Shown here piece by piece: positions 1 to 11,200 of a DNA stretch of 51,992 nucleotides (the stretch's first letter is position 1; each line of letters opens with the position of its first letter). The DNA is from Phoronis australis (lineage: Eukaryota; Animalia; Phoronida). The notes below the pieces were generated by a model, which saw only the letters and a program-made list of their open reading frames with translations, was not told where the DNA came from and did no database searches. The translations under genes were made by a program, and so were the position numbers. The stretch lies in NCBI GenBank assembly GCA_002633005.1, contig NMRA01000244.1:448059-500050 (forward strand). The letters are read 5' to 3'.

Positions 1-290
1 TAGGTGCCTACATACCAAATTTCATGAAAATCCGTTCAGGACTTTTGAAGATACAAAGGTAAGCGTAAAAAACTAAAATTGCCACTAGGGGGCACACCGG
101 TAGTCGGATCCGTCCGAAAGTTCGCACATGCCGTCCCATTCATGAATGGAACATATGTGCCAAATTTCATGAACGTATGTCAAAGGGTTTTGGAGATAGA
201 GCAGCGGACGCCGGACGCCAGACGGACGCCGCCCGGACGGACGGACGGACGGACAGAGATGACGGCATAATGCGTCCACATATAAATATG
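1..290. mobile_element. Non-autonomous Helentron/DINE-1-like repeat fragment with (GGAC)n microsatellite
   Basis: Two CCAAATTTCATGAA cores (ACCAAATTTCATGAAAATCCG near 15, GCCAAATTTCATGAACG near 159) are followed by GGACGGACGGACGGACGGACAG at ~234-255. This layout is typical of DINE-1/HINE-type elements. Family call is from recall. Confidence 0.5.
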
Positions 291-794
291 TGGGCGCATA
301 AAAAGTGCCAGCCGCCATAATTTTCCACCAAGTTGTCCTAATTTTGAAAACCTGCACAAAAGCACTCAAGCAAGAGTTAAGCAAGGCTTGAAATGTCATG
401 ATTTGCCAAGTGATGAGTGAAAAAACAAATACCATATTTTTTTCTTGTATCAGATATGGACTTTACTTTTTTTTGAAAAAGGGAGCAACTCAAAATAACA
501 AACCTCTCTGCTGGCTCGATTTAAAAAAACACAGCTGACCCAACAATGTTTTTAGCATTATAAATAATGCCAAATGAGAATTTCATTGTGTCAAGTGCAG
601 TCGTATATAAAACTACAGGTGACCTTTAAAGTTCTCCAAACTGAAACCGCAACGCTCCATTCTCCCAACTGTTAAGTGATTAAATAGATAAAATAAGCTT
701 ATCTATGACGTTTAAGTCCTCGTTCACAATTGTCCAAATCGGCAATTACATGGCCATTTTTGTACTGCACGTGCCAGGAGATATGACGTCATTA

Positions 795-915
795 TGGGAG
801 CATTTTTGTTCGAGTTGGAAAGAATTAAAGACATCGACGGCCGCCTAAGGTGTCCCTCTATGCGCAAAAGGTAATTATAGCAACATGATTTTGACGATTT
901 AATCAGTATGAGGTG
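795..915. repeat. Diverged fragment of the long TIR of the 1940-2972 element
   Basis: GAGTTGGAAAGAATTAAAGACATCGAC...CCTAAGGTGTCCCTCTATGCGCAAAAGGTA matches 2678-2740 (GAGTTGGAAGGACTTAAACACATCGAC...CCTAAGGTGTTCCTCTATGCGCAAAAGGTA). Confidence 0.7.
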
Positions 916-1310
916 AAAAGCTTGTGTTGATGAAGGGATTGAAGGCCCTATGGGAGCATCACCATCTCTACTGTTAACTAGGGACGGTGGTACTCTCTAT
1001 TATTCAGTCGTACAACTATTACTGCAGAAAAATCTGCCAACACCAAAACTTGAAACGAGGTTGTCCGTGCGTGAACCGAGCATCCAAACCTTTCATCCAA
1101 CAGGCAACTGTCGCTTGGCAAGTGATTCTGAGACAATATGACACCCAGAAGTCACATGGCACAACATCACTTTGATTACAGGTTACAAGTTAAGTTTGAG
1201 TCTGTGCACCAGTGTGGACAATATATGGTTACCAACTGTACAGTACCTTCAAGCTATGACTTTCTGCTAGAATCATGGTCGAGCCATTGGCATTGGCTGC
1301 ACATCCACCA

Positions 1311-1732
1311 ACTACACTCGGGAACCCAATGGTCGACCGCATAAGCATAAAACTGGCTTGTTGTTGTACTCACCCAATTATTCTACATCAAAGTTATACT
1401 CTGCATAGGATTTGATTTAACTCTCACAAGTACATGTAGTATTCGTTGATTCAAAGTTTTCTTTTATTTATGCCCAGTTCTTTCAACTGTGCATTGCTTT
1501 TCGGGTGCCATTTTATAATGACACTTATGGTCGCCATATGTTGCCGTCTTCGTTTAGGAAGAAATTTCACGGGGGAAGATATTTCATGCCTTAGACGTTA
1601 AATAACTTCCCCTCAATACCGTGCATGCGCAAAAAGGTCAGAGTGGGAAGAAATTTCACGGGGAAGAAATTTCGCGCGACACCGGTTTTATGCTTAGGCA
1701 GACGACCATTGGCATTGGGTTCCTGAGTATAC
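1311..1732. mobile_element. MITE-like element with ~45-bp imperfect terminal inverted repeats
   Basis: ACTCGGGAACCCAATGGTCGACCGCATAAGCATAAAACTGG (1316-1356) is the inverted partner of CCGGTTTTATGCTTAGGCAGACGACCATTGGCATTGGGTTCCTGAGT (1682-1728). Internal GAAGAAATTTCACGGGG repeats suggest a second, nested fragment. Confidence 0.55.
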
Positions 1733-1939
1733 TGTTGAACTACCATGCCGACTCAAATAATTAATTCCTCCAAACAAGAATCCAACCTGGTACAGCCAGA
1801 TGCCCCCAAATACGAGCACCAGCAACACTGCAATAGTCCAAACGTCCGAGGTCTCATGTCAGAGCAATTATTACTTCATGTCTAAGACTGAACACTTCAG
1901 TTCAGTCCAGAACAATCACCGCCCAGGCCCCTTTCAACC

Positions 1940-2972
1940 TAGGCAATGACCATCGCCTCTGTTGGCCCGAACCAGAGGCGATGTAGAGGCTATAGGCGCT
2001 CTGTACGCCGGAAGCTTTTCGGCGAATTATGCCTCGCACCGACTAAACCATCAAAGTCACAATGTTATAAATACCTTTTGCGCATAGAGGAACACCTTAG
2101 GAGGTTGTCGATGTGTTTAAGTCCTTCCAACTCCAACAAATACTCCGGTTATGAAACTTTTTCTTCGATCAGTCCCTATTTCAGTTCCCAAAATCGTGAA
2201 ATCAAAATTTGCATTTCTTTAACCAGGCCGAAGGTCAGAAGTTGCGATCCTACCGGCGAACTTTGAAAGCTGAAGTTCCCGCCCTTTGCGTACGTGCTGC
2301 CGGGAACCAGCCGTGCATTTGCCGTGTTGTTAAACATTAAAATGTCAAATATGTGCACAAAGACTATTAAATGTCATATCAACAGCATTTATTTTTATCA
2401 AATACAAACAATAATTCATTGAAATACAAACAGTTTCAAGTAACGCCAATTAAAGACAAGCATAAGTGGTGGCATTTTGGAAACGAACATTTGACTCACA
2501 AGACCGCAATGGCTCACCTTTGGCCTATTTAAAAATTATTGAGGTTATGAAGTCACATCACCTAGCGAGCGCGGTGAAAAATTGGAGCGTGAGCAGTACA
2601 AAAATTTTGATTTCACGATTTTGGGAACTGAATTAGGGACTGATCGAAGAAAAAGTTTCATAACGGGAGTATTTGTTGGAGTTGGAAGGACTTAAACACA
2701 TCGACAACCTCCTAAGGTGTTCCTCTATGCGCAAAAGGTATTTATAACATCGTGACTTTGATGGTTTAGTCGGTGCGAGGCATAATTCGCCGAAAAGCTT
2801 CCGGCGTACAGCGCCTATAGCCTCTACACCGCCTCTGGTTCGGGCCAACAGAGGCGATGGTCATTGCCACAGGCGTCCTTAGCTTCTGATCGTCCCCAAT
2901 ACACTACATGTAGTATTATATGTAGTGTATTGGGGACGATCAGAAGCTGAGGACGCCTGTAGTCATTGCCTA
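1940..2972. mobile_element. Non-autonomous foldback (Mutator-like) DNA transposon, composite, with 9-bp TSD
   Basis: Termini are TAGGCAATGAC...GTCATTGCCTA. A perfect 9-bp direct repeat CTTTCAACC lies at 1931-1939 and 2973-2981. Inverted repeats of ~270 bp (1942-2210 vs ~2600-2868) explain the mirror ORFs 1946..2266 and 2633..2848. An extra ~90-bp palindrome sits at 2869-2960. Confidence 0.85.
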
Positions 2973-2998
2973 CTTTCAACCAACTATTTAGTATTTAC

Positions 2999-3076
2999 CT
3001 CGTAAATATCCGGCAGTCTGTTGACTTGGATGTACTTTCGCAAGGCTGGGTCAGCCACTTTTAAAGAGGCTGCCAT
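2999..3076 (-). CDS. FBXL13: First coding exon of F-box/LRR-repeat protein 13 (dynein regulatory complex subunit 6)-like gene; downstream exons not found in the window
   Basis: ATG at 3076 gives MAASLKVADPALRKYIQVNRLPDIYE, followed by a phase-0 GAG|GTAAAT donor. This resembles the recalled N-terminal dimerisation/docking segment of FBXL13 (MASL.....LR.Y.....P..YE-ALL.GL). Only 26 codons are available. Confidence 0.6.
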
Positions 3077-3079
3077 GAT

Positions 3080-3360
3080 TCAATAACTTTCAGCTGTCAG
3101 TAAACCTAATCCATTAGAATTCAAAGCAGACGCAAGTCAACAAATCCAAAATTTACTGTGGCCGCCATCTTGTTTAAAGTAGCAACGACAGGTGCCCGGA
3201 TGAGGAACTACAATAAATCACGTGACATCCGTTTGTACGGGCAACAGTCGGAGTCAGAAATCCCCTTTTGTGGGCCTTGTTCATTCGGCATTAAAGTAAC
3301 CAGACTTTGCATCTTTCATAAGTGAGACTCGACTCGAGACGGACGGATTCAGGGTAAAAA
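3080..3360. promoter_or_regulatory. Putative bidirectional promoter between FBXL13-like (-) and the uncharacterised (+) gene
   Basis: YY1-type GCCGCCATCTTG (3161-3172), ZNF143-like GAACTACAA (~3205) and E-box/CLEAR TCACGTGAC (~3218) lie between divergent genes. A possible 5'UTR donor AGG|GTAAAA is near 3353. Confidence 0.5.
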
Positions 3361-3937
3361 GAGGTAGCCAGGGAGTCAAACAATGCCTAGTTGACAGCAT
3401 TGTACTACTATTTTATCTCTGAGCAACAAAGCTACATATTCAAAAACAGAGGAATATCCATTCTCATTTTCTGCCTGCGATCATTAATTGATTAAATTAT
3501 TTAATTATATAGTTGGTCTTTTCTCTCATGTCATGACCAGATATTTCAGAATAGTCTGCAGAAAGAACGATCGAACTGCCAGTTATTTGGAAACCCTGAA
3601 ATGTCACACAGACTTCAAGGAAAATTGAGATCGAGAAGGTGCGACGAATGTAAAACTTTGATAGAAAGCAGTCTGGACGCCGAAGGTTTACCATACCCGC
3701 TTGGATTATCAGTAAAATACAATCCCTTCTCATTGCAGATGCTTACATATTATTAGAAGCCTCTTAATGAAACCATTGTTTTTTTGAAACCCAGGTGTTT
3801 TTAATAAAATACAGATGAATAGCACACCTTCTACTTAGACATTGAAAATTGATTTCCAAGCTAAATGACTAGTTTTCATTTCTCTGAAGGTAAAAATATG
3901 TCACAGGAGGCTATTATTACTTTCAGCCAACAATGCA

Positions 3938-6900
3938 ATGTCCATCACAGGAATTCCTCAAAGTAGCCAATTTCAGTTCCTTCAAAGGGGAATCTGGTGT
4001 CACTTTGCTTTAGAAGGTTGCCTGTCTTGGGGAGAATGTTGATTCTGATACAAGAAGTATTATGGCTCAAATAATGCAACTTTATATTAGTCTGCCTGAA
4101 GTTCTGCCTTTAAGTTATGCCTGTGACTTATCACTATGTCATGAAAAATATGTGTTTGTGAATTTTATTTTTCAGTCCCTGTTTTACCACTGAAGGCATT
4201 CAATGCAATGGATCACAAAAATGCTGAAGACGGTGAGATTTGTGACAATCCTGCAAAATTTGGTTCAACAATACTGTATAATTACCAATTCGGAGGCGGA
4301 TTTTAAGGGGGTGGGGAAAATAAATAAATAGTAAAAATGACGTGGAAATAAAATAAATAGTAAAACTGACGTGGAAATTAATTTTGTCTTGGGTACCACC
4401 CATTATGAGTCCTAGATCCGCCACTGCAATTTAGGACTTAATGCAGTGGACACATTAATTTTTATTTCTTTCATATTTTCCCTAAATGAAAACAATATAC
4501 CACTTATAAGTTCTGTACTGGGCTAGCTTCATCAGGCAATATATTAATATTGAAATTTTGGGCTCAGAAAAAACATGGGAGACTATTCTAACTTAGCAAC
4601 ATTTTGAAGACTCATTTCCCTTTCACTTCAGTAACATATTGTTTGAAATAGCAGACAGTGTATTCAGGATACTGTTTGTAATAAAGCTTTCATAAAATAT
4701 TTTTCTTGTAGCCTTTTCGGACCCATCCTCTTCGACCAGTCAAAGCACACTCCAGTCAGACTGCAACGTGAAGCAGGCTGTCAAAAGAAAGCTAGTGACA
4801 AGCAGTGCAACAGGAGTTGTTGAAACATTCATTGAAATACTAACTGAGCCTACCACAACAACTCCAACAAAGAAGAGGAGAGAAGGTAAACATTAAAGTG
4901 AAAACTAACAAGTAACCAGTTTAAAATATTGTCAGATGGTTATTGAGACACTGTTTGTATTGTTCAGGTGTATTAAGTTGATAAATGGTTTCAAATATTT
5001 TGTATTGATCTGAGATAACTGTAATTTCTTGCAGACAAGGAAGCCATGAAAAATATTCGTACCATGGAGGATCTAATGAACACCACAGGTACACAGTATA
5101 AATTTTGCACACATGACAGCTATAAGCCAATTTTTCCCATATTTTCCATAAAAGCTAAAAAACACCAAATATATGCTTTTTAAAGTTACATGATATTACT
5201 TAACTACCAATAAGTTACTTAAAATAATGTAAATACCATCAGACAATGTGTTCAGAAACAGTGTGAATTCACATCTCCTGTAGCATTTAGTTAAAAAGTC
5301 AAATGTCAAAGTTTGGCATTTTTGTGTGAAGTTGAAGAGATTTTACTGTGCCCTTTCATGTCCATGACAATTGCATGCGACGGGCCAGTTTTAAATTATT
5401 TCCTGTGGTTTTAAAGTTCCACGCAGCGCTAAATTAAGTCAAGCCAAAATCGCTGTTTAGGTCAAGCCAAAATCGCTGTTTAGGTCAAGCCAAAATCGCT
5501 GTTTAGGTCAAGCCAAAATGACTAATTTCGCCAAGCCAAAATCACAAATTAGAAACAGGTATACATCACAGCGATTGCATGCCCTTAAAACAGTCAATGA
5601 ATCCCTCATTCAACTTCATTCACTCAACACCATTCAGTCCACTGTGTAACCATGTCATCAGAAATGTTCAGTGATAAGCAAAACAAAAGGTTCCATGGAT
5701 GATGCTACATGAGGCTTTAATTGACATACTAAACCAGAATAGTGTTATATCGTAGACAAGTGATTTGTCTTATTCATGAGAAAATAGAACAATTTAAAAT
5801 AATAATTTAATATATCTGACATTTTCTAAAAGAAGGTAATTTATGAAGGATTTTAAGATTCTTAAAATTCAAAATATTTTTCAGAACTCCTTCAGGTGAA
5901 ATCTCGTTTGTGCCCGAGGACCACGAGAAGTACAGATGCCACACCAATGTTGAGTGTTAGTGGCCAACAGGTGGCAGACTGGGTCAGTCCACCAGAGGGC
6001 ATGTCGCTTATTGGCCTTCAAGACAACCTGAGACTGTCGCACACGGCGTCAGAGATGAAGAACATCACAAAGATATTCAAGATGATTCGGCAAACAAATC
6101 CTGTTGCTAAGAAAACCATGTGCTGCGACAATACATACTTTACTAAATTACACCCAGGTTAGTTGGACAATGCTCCCAACAACTTCAAATGACTTTGTTT
6201 TAGGAAAAATAATATCAGTCATTCGAAAAAAATCAGAATGTCATAACATTATTATTATTATTGTTTTGCAACTTAAAACTTAAGTCACTTTATGGTAACC
6301 TGTTAACAGCATATTTGAAACTGAGTACATTGAAAAGCAGCATAGCATCCCATAATATGTTAATGGATCCCATAATATGTTAATGGCATCCCATAATATG
6401 TTAATGGCATCAAGGTAATTAGTTTGTGTAACATTTAATAAGTTGGCAGCGCTGTTGAACACAATGGTGGTTTCTGTTTATGCTGGCTTCCTCCAGCAAA
6501 CAATCAAATCAGAATGTATGTAATCAACAAGGCTGTGAATATTTCATACTGTAGTCTTTCTAAGTTAGTTACTCGTATATTCAGATGGGATGGATTCATG
6601 TTGCCCAGCAACCATCACCATTTTCTGTTTTCCAGCTGATGTGCGAGGACTAGCCAACAGTATGAAACAGATGAGCGTGCTGACATTACCATCCTCTCTT
6701 AAAGTAACTATCCCTGGAGTTACCTCGGTAGACAGACAGGCATTTGTTAATCAGACAATGTAAGTCAATTTAGAGCATTATTTGACGTGAAATTGTAATG
6801 TGATAGGTACACGCAAAGGCCTATACAGTGAGGTGGATTCTGAAGATCAACCAGCTTATGAAACAATAATTCATAACAACCTACGGCGTCACGTAAACTC

Positions 6901-7098
6901 ACATTCTTTTGTTGTGACCTATCTATACTGCTGATCAGAATTGTGAATTTCATAACATCATGTTTCAGATGCGTTGTTGATGATATAGTTCGGGCTATGA
7001 AGACGACAGACTTCAACAAAGTAACGCATGATGGAATGTCCATAGTTGAAGCCTCGTGGGAAGTTATAAAAACGGTGTTGTTAAACTGTGATCAGTGA
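3938..7098 (+). CDS. Uncharacterised ~296-aa protein with basic NLS-like motifs (7 coding exons)
   Basis: GT-AG exons 3938-4016, 4176-4232, 4712-4885, 5035-5088, 5885-6157, 6636-6759 and 6969-7098 join in frame (891 nt): MSITGIPQSSQFQFLQRGIWCHFALE...VKRKL...TPTKKRRE...EASWEVIKTVLLNCDQ*. The start codon and first exon are less certain. No family recognised. Confidence 0.75.
5438..5545. repeat. Tandem repeat, 23-bp unit (3 full plus partial copies), intronic
   Basis: GTCAAGCCAAAATCGCTGTTTAG at 5438, 5461 and 5484, with partial copies at 5507 and ~5531. Confidence 0.9.
6347..6411. repeat. Tandem repeat, 20-21-bp unit x3
   Basis: ATCCCATAATATGTTAATGG(C) occurs three times in tandem. Confidence 0.9.
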
Positions 7099-8232
7099 GC
7101 CTGCCATGTGTACAACAGGATGTGGTCAACAGTTGCAGATCAGTGAGCCTGCCACGTGCATGTGAGGAGGTGGACAAAAACTTGAGATTCCTTAAATATT
7201 TATGGTTTGTGTTGTTGATGGCAACTGTGTGAGAAGATAAACAATTGAAGTGAAGCGTGGAAAGTTTTTCATTGCTAACTGTCGATAATCCTCAAGGTCA
7301 TTTTGCTTACGTGACACAATCTGACAATCTGAACAACATGCTTTAAAATTACATAGAACAAATAAACTGGAGTCATAATCAGAATTGCGTGTGTTGTTTA
7401 GTGCACCAGTAATGTATAACATGTGTTTTGAGCACAGGAAAGGGAGGGAGAGGATGTGGGAGCATAGGGGCAATCAAATCAGGGGAGGTTCAGTGTTGCT
7501 GTTATTTCGCCAATTTGGTGAAATGGTGTAATATGTCGCTATTGATAAACAGGTAGGCATAAATCATTTCTAATCCATGCAGGCAAAATGAAAATCAATT
7601 CAAGATAAAGTACATTGCTCACCTTGTTCTCATGTTGTATTGTTGTTGGAATGATCTTTATCGCGAACACTCTGTTGGTGTTGAGAAGCTCTCATGGGAT
7701 GCCACGTTCAAGGTCACCTCAGAGTACCCTCTTAATAGATGGATGTTTTGTAAGTCACAAAGAGTAATTCACATGGGAGTATTTGATTACCAAATTTTAT
7801 TGAGCACCAACTAAATGCCATAAAATGACAAGAAAATAACAATAAACATTAAACCATGAAAACCACCAGTTGTCGGTGACTGCAAAAGAGACAAGACCTA
7901 TTGAATGGCCACATTTGTGGCAGAGTTTTCCTGCAGCACAATTTCTAGGTATAAAAATTTACAACAGTTAGGTAAAGATTCTCTGTGACAACGCTTCACC
8001 AACTCAACACCAGAAATGCCAATTAAGAGTTCTGCATTTAATTCCAAGACCTTGAACTGGAAGAAGACAGCTATCTTGAAAGTTCTTAATATGTCAAATC
8101 AAAGGCAATTGCATTGCCTGAGTAGTGCCATGTCTAAGAATCCAACACACGCGAGTCCAAAGGGTCTGAATATAAAACCCATGGAAACATCTTGTCCTGG
8201 TGCTGTGTGAGTCACATGATTATTCGATCCAA

Positions 8233-11200
8233 TCAAAAATACAGCGGCCCAAATCTCCTGCCAAACAGTGGATGTCCCTGTTTGCGAGGACCTTGGCCTC
8301 TACCAGGACCAAAGTTCGTATCTGGCAACGGGTTGAATGGGTCAAACCTGGGGCGTGGTAACAGTAGGGGGTTACCTATGTGGCCTGATGTACCTGGTAC
8401 ACCTGAAGGGAGAAGTACATGATTTTGCTGCATTCAAATGTTGACATTAAACAATGCCAATTGTAAACCTACTACCAAACTCCAATCCAATGTTTTTATG
8501 TGAAACGGGTCAACAACACACACAGAAAGTGAACATATTAATTAAAATCAAAAGATACACAGCAGTTTAAAACTGTTAAGACTTGCTGCTAGAATTACTA
8601 TTTTGCTTTTGCCATAAATTCATTGGAACCAACTAATACTGATCTAAGCTGGTTTCCAAGGAATGTAAAAAACTGGTCATGGATCTCATTAAACATTCAG
8701 AATACCTAGACGAGTATCCATCCAGGAACAGTGCTGACCTCTGTTGACTGGAGTAATAAACTTAAATATCAACAGAAACATAATATATTTTTACTAAACA
8801 ATAAAAAATAGTGTCACCACATTTAATGAGAACTAAAAAGCTTTACAACGATTTATTTGAACGAACACGCACGTTAATTCCAGTCTTTTGCACAACAGCA
8901 ATTGCCGAAACTATCAATGCTTAGCGGAAACTTCACCAAATGTTTTACGACTCATAGTGCTCCACACTATAAACCAACAAGTTCTCTTAATTTTATTTTT
9001 CTTGAGAAATTGAGGAAATGGAATGCCGTTAAAAGTACCGCACTAAACAGACAAATGGTACATAACGTGACCTACCGGGAAAGTGAGGGTCAAGGTCATA
9101 GTCACCACCAATGACACCTGGTGGATAGACTGGTGTAAACGGGTGAGGTGCATGAGGCTGTCCGATGTATGGAGGCACGACAGAGAACATGTGGCGCATC
9201 CGGCGACGATGTTCCTTCCTTTTACGATATGTCTCCTTGTATAACTGAAACCACAGTAGCCACAAAGACAAAAATAAGTGCACACTCAGATTCTTATCTA
9301 GTGGTCCTTACAACACTGCGTAACTGTCAGATACTGAGAATCGTTTTGCACTCAACTGTATTTATCAGAAAATCAATAATAAAACAGACTTAAATTGTAC
9401 AATTTATACGGAAAAGATTACCATTCTATGACAACTTACACCTTTGTAAAGATGTAAATTCATAGAGAGGACAGAACAAACAAATAATGAGACAGTTGAT
9501 ATATACTCAAAAACTCCCTTCAAGAATGCNNNNNNNNNNNNNNNNNNNNNNNNNNNNNNNNNNNNNNNNNNNNNNNNNNNNNNNNNNNNNNNNNNNNNNN
9601 NNNNNNNNNNNNNNNNNNNNNNNNNNNNNNNNNNNNNNNNNNNNNNNNNNNNNNNNNNNNNNNNNNNNNNNNNNNNNNNNNNNNNNNNNNNNNNNNNNNN
9701 NNNNNNNNNNNNNNNNNNNNNNNNNNNNNNNNNNNNNNNNNNNNNNNNNNNNNNNNNNNNNNNNNNNNNNNNNNNNNNNNNNNNNNNNNNNNNNNNNNNN
9801 NNNNNNNNNNNNNNNNNNNNNNNNNNNNNNNNNNNNNNNNNNNNNNNNNNNNNNNNNNNNNNNNNNNNNNNNNNNNNNNNNNNNNNNNNNNNNNNNNNNN
9901 NNNNNNNNNNNNNNNNNNNCACCACGCTGTCCCAGATGCCCCGGCAATGTTGACAATTTACGTTCCTCCGAAACATAAAGAGCAACTTCCGCTTTTCGAG
10001 GTGAACGTCGTCTGCAACGCCGCGGTAAGAAAGGAATTTGCCGCTGAAATTTTATATCAAATCCGATTTTTTTACGCGGAAATATTATAAAAAAAGCGGA
10101 AAGCACATTTGAAAAAAGCGGAAATCCGCGTTTCCGCGGAAAATTCCAAGCCCTGATTGATCAATCACGGATGAAGTTAACTGGTGTATTTCAATCTGCT
10201 GAACATGCTTTTACAAGTTGAACCTTTATAACTGACATTGCTCGAGACATAGTTCAGATGATAAACGAGGGCTGTGATCACCATACCCACTTGTCATAAT
10301 GTCATTAAAGTAGAACACTTTCTTTTGGTTTACAGCACAACCGTACTTTTATTTTCATAAGAAAAAGGAGCAATGTGATGTTCAAATCACTGAGCAGCAG
10401 TTTCACAATCTGTTATTACAAACGAAACATTGACTTCTCATCAAGAATATATCAACACCACTTGCTACATCTGACTTGTGTCAATCACGCACTATGCATG
10501 TTACCTAGCTTTGCATTACAAACAGCTCTTACCTCCTTCCAACTTTGCTGTAACCCATGGTTACCACGGCCTGTAAGTAAACAACACCACAAACTGATAT
10601 CAGCTTTGAAACCAACTCTTTTCAAGTTAAGCCCACTACAAACAATGTTTTGTTGACAAAAATAAACTTTCAGACATGCTTATTTTTTCAAAGTAGCAAT
10701 ACTATGTTGTCGTCTTTCATTTCAACTGAAATCAGTAACACTATAATTTTAAAATTCCTGATGGCCGCAATGCTGAAACTAACCCACCGACAAGAAACTT
10801 TTAAAATGATCCTTCTCTGATGCACTAACCATCAGTCAGTTCCTCTCAATCCAAGAAATCATTCGTAATCTGAGTAAGGAACAAGATGAGGTCACTTAAC
10901 ATTTAGGTCACTTAACATTTAGGTCAATTAACATTTTGGTCAATTAACAATTAGGTCAATTAACATTTAGGTCAATTAACATTTAAGTCACTTAACATTT
11001 AGGTCACTTAACATATAGGTCAATTAATAATTAGGTCACTTTTTATTTAGGTCACTTAACATTTAGGTCACTTAACATTTAGGTCACTTAACATTTAGGT
11101 CAATTAATAATTAGTTCACTTTTTATTTAGGTCACTCAACATTTAGGTCACTTAACATTTAGGTCACTTAACAGTTAGGTCACTTAACATTTTGGAATGC

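Noticed and set aside
1946-2848. Pair of similar ORFs on opposite strands as paralogous genes
   Set aside because: They are the two arms of a transposon's inverted repeat.
9404-10106. Long ORFs of 163-199 aa
   Set aside because: Artefacts of reading through the N gap.
10889-11192. CRISPR-like array of short repeats
   Set aside because: Units are contiguous with no unique spacers, there are no cas genes, and it lies in a eukaryotic intron. The same applies to 5438-5545.
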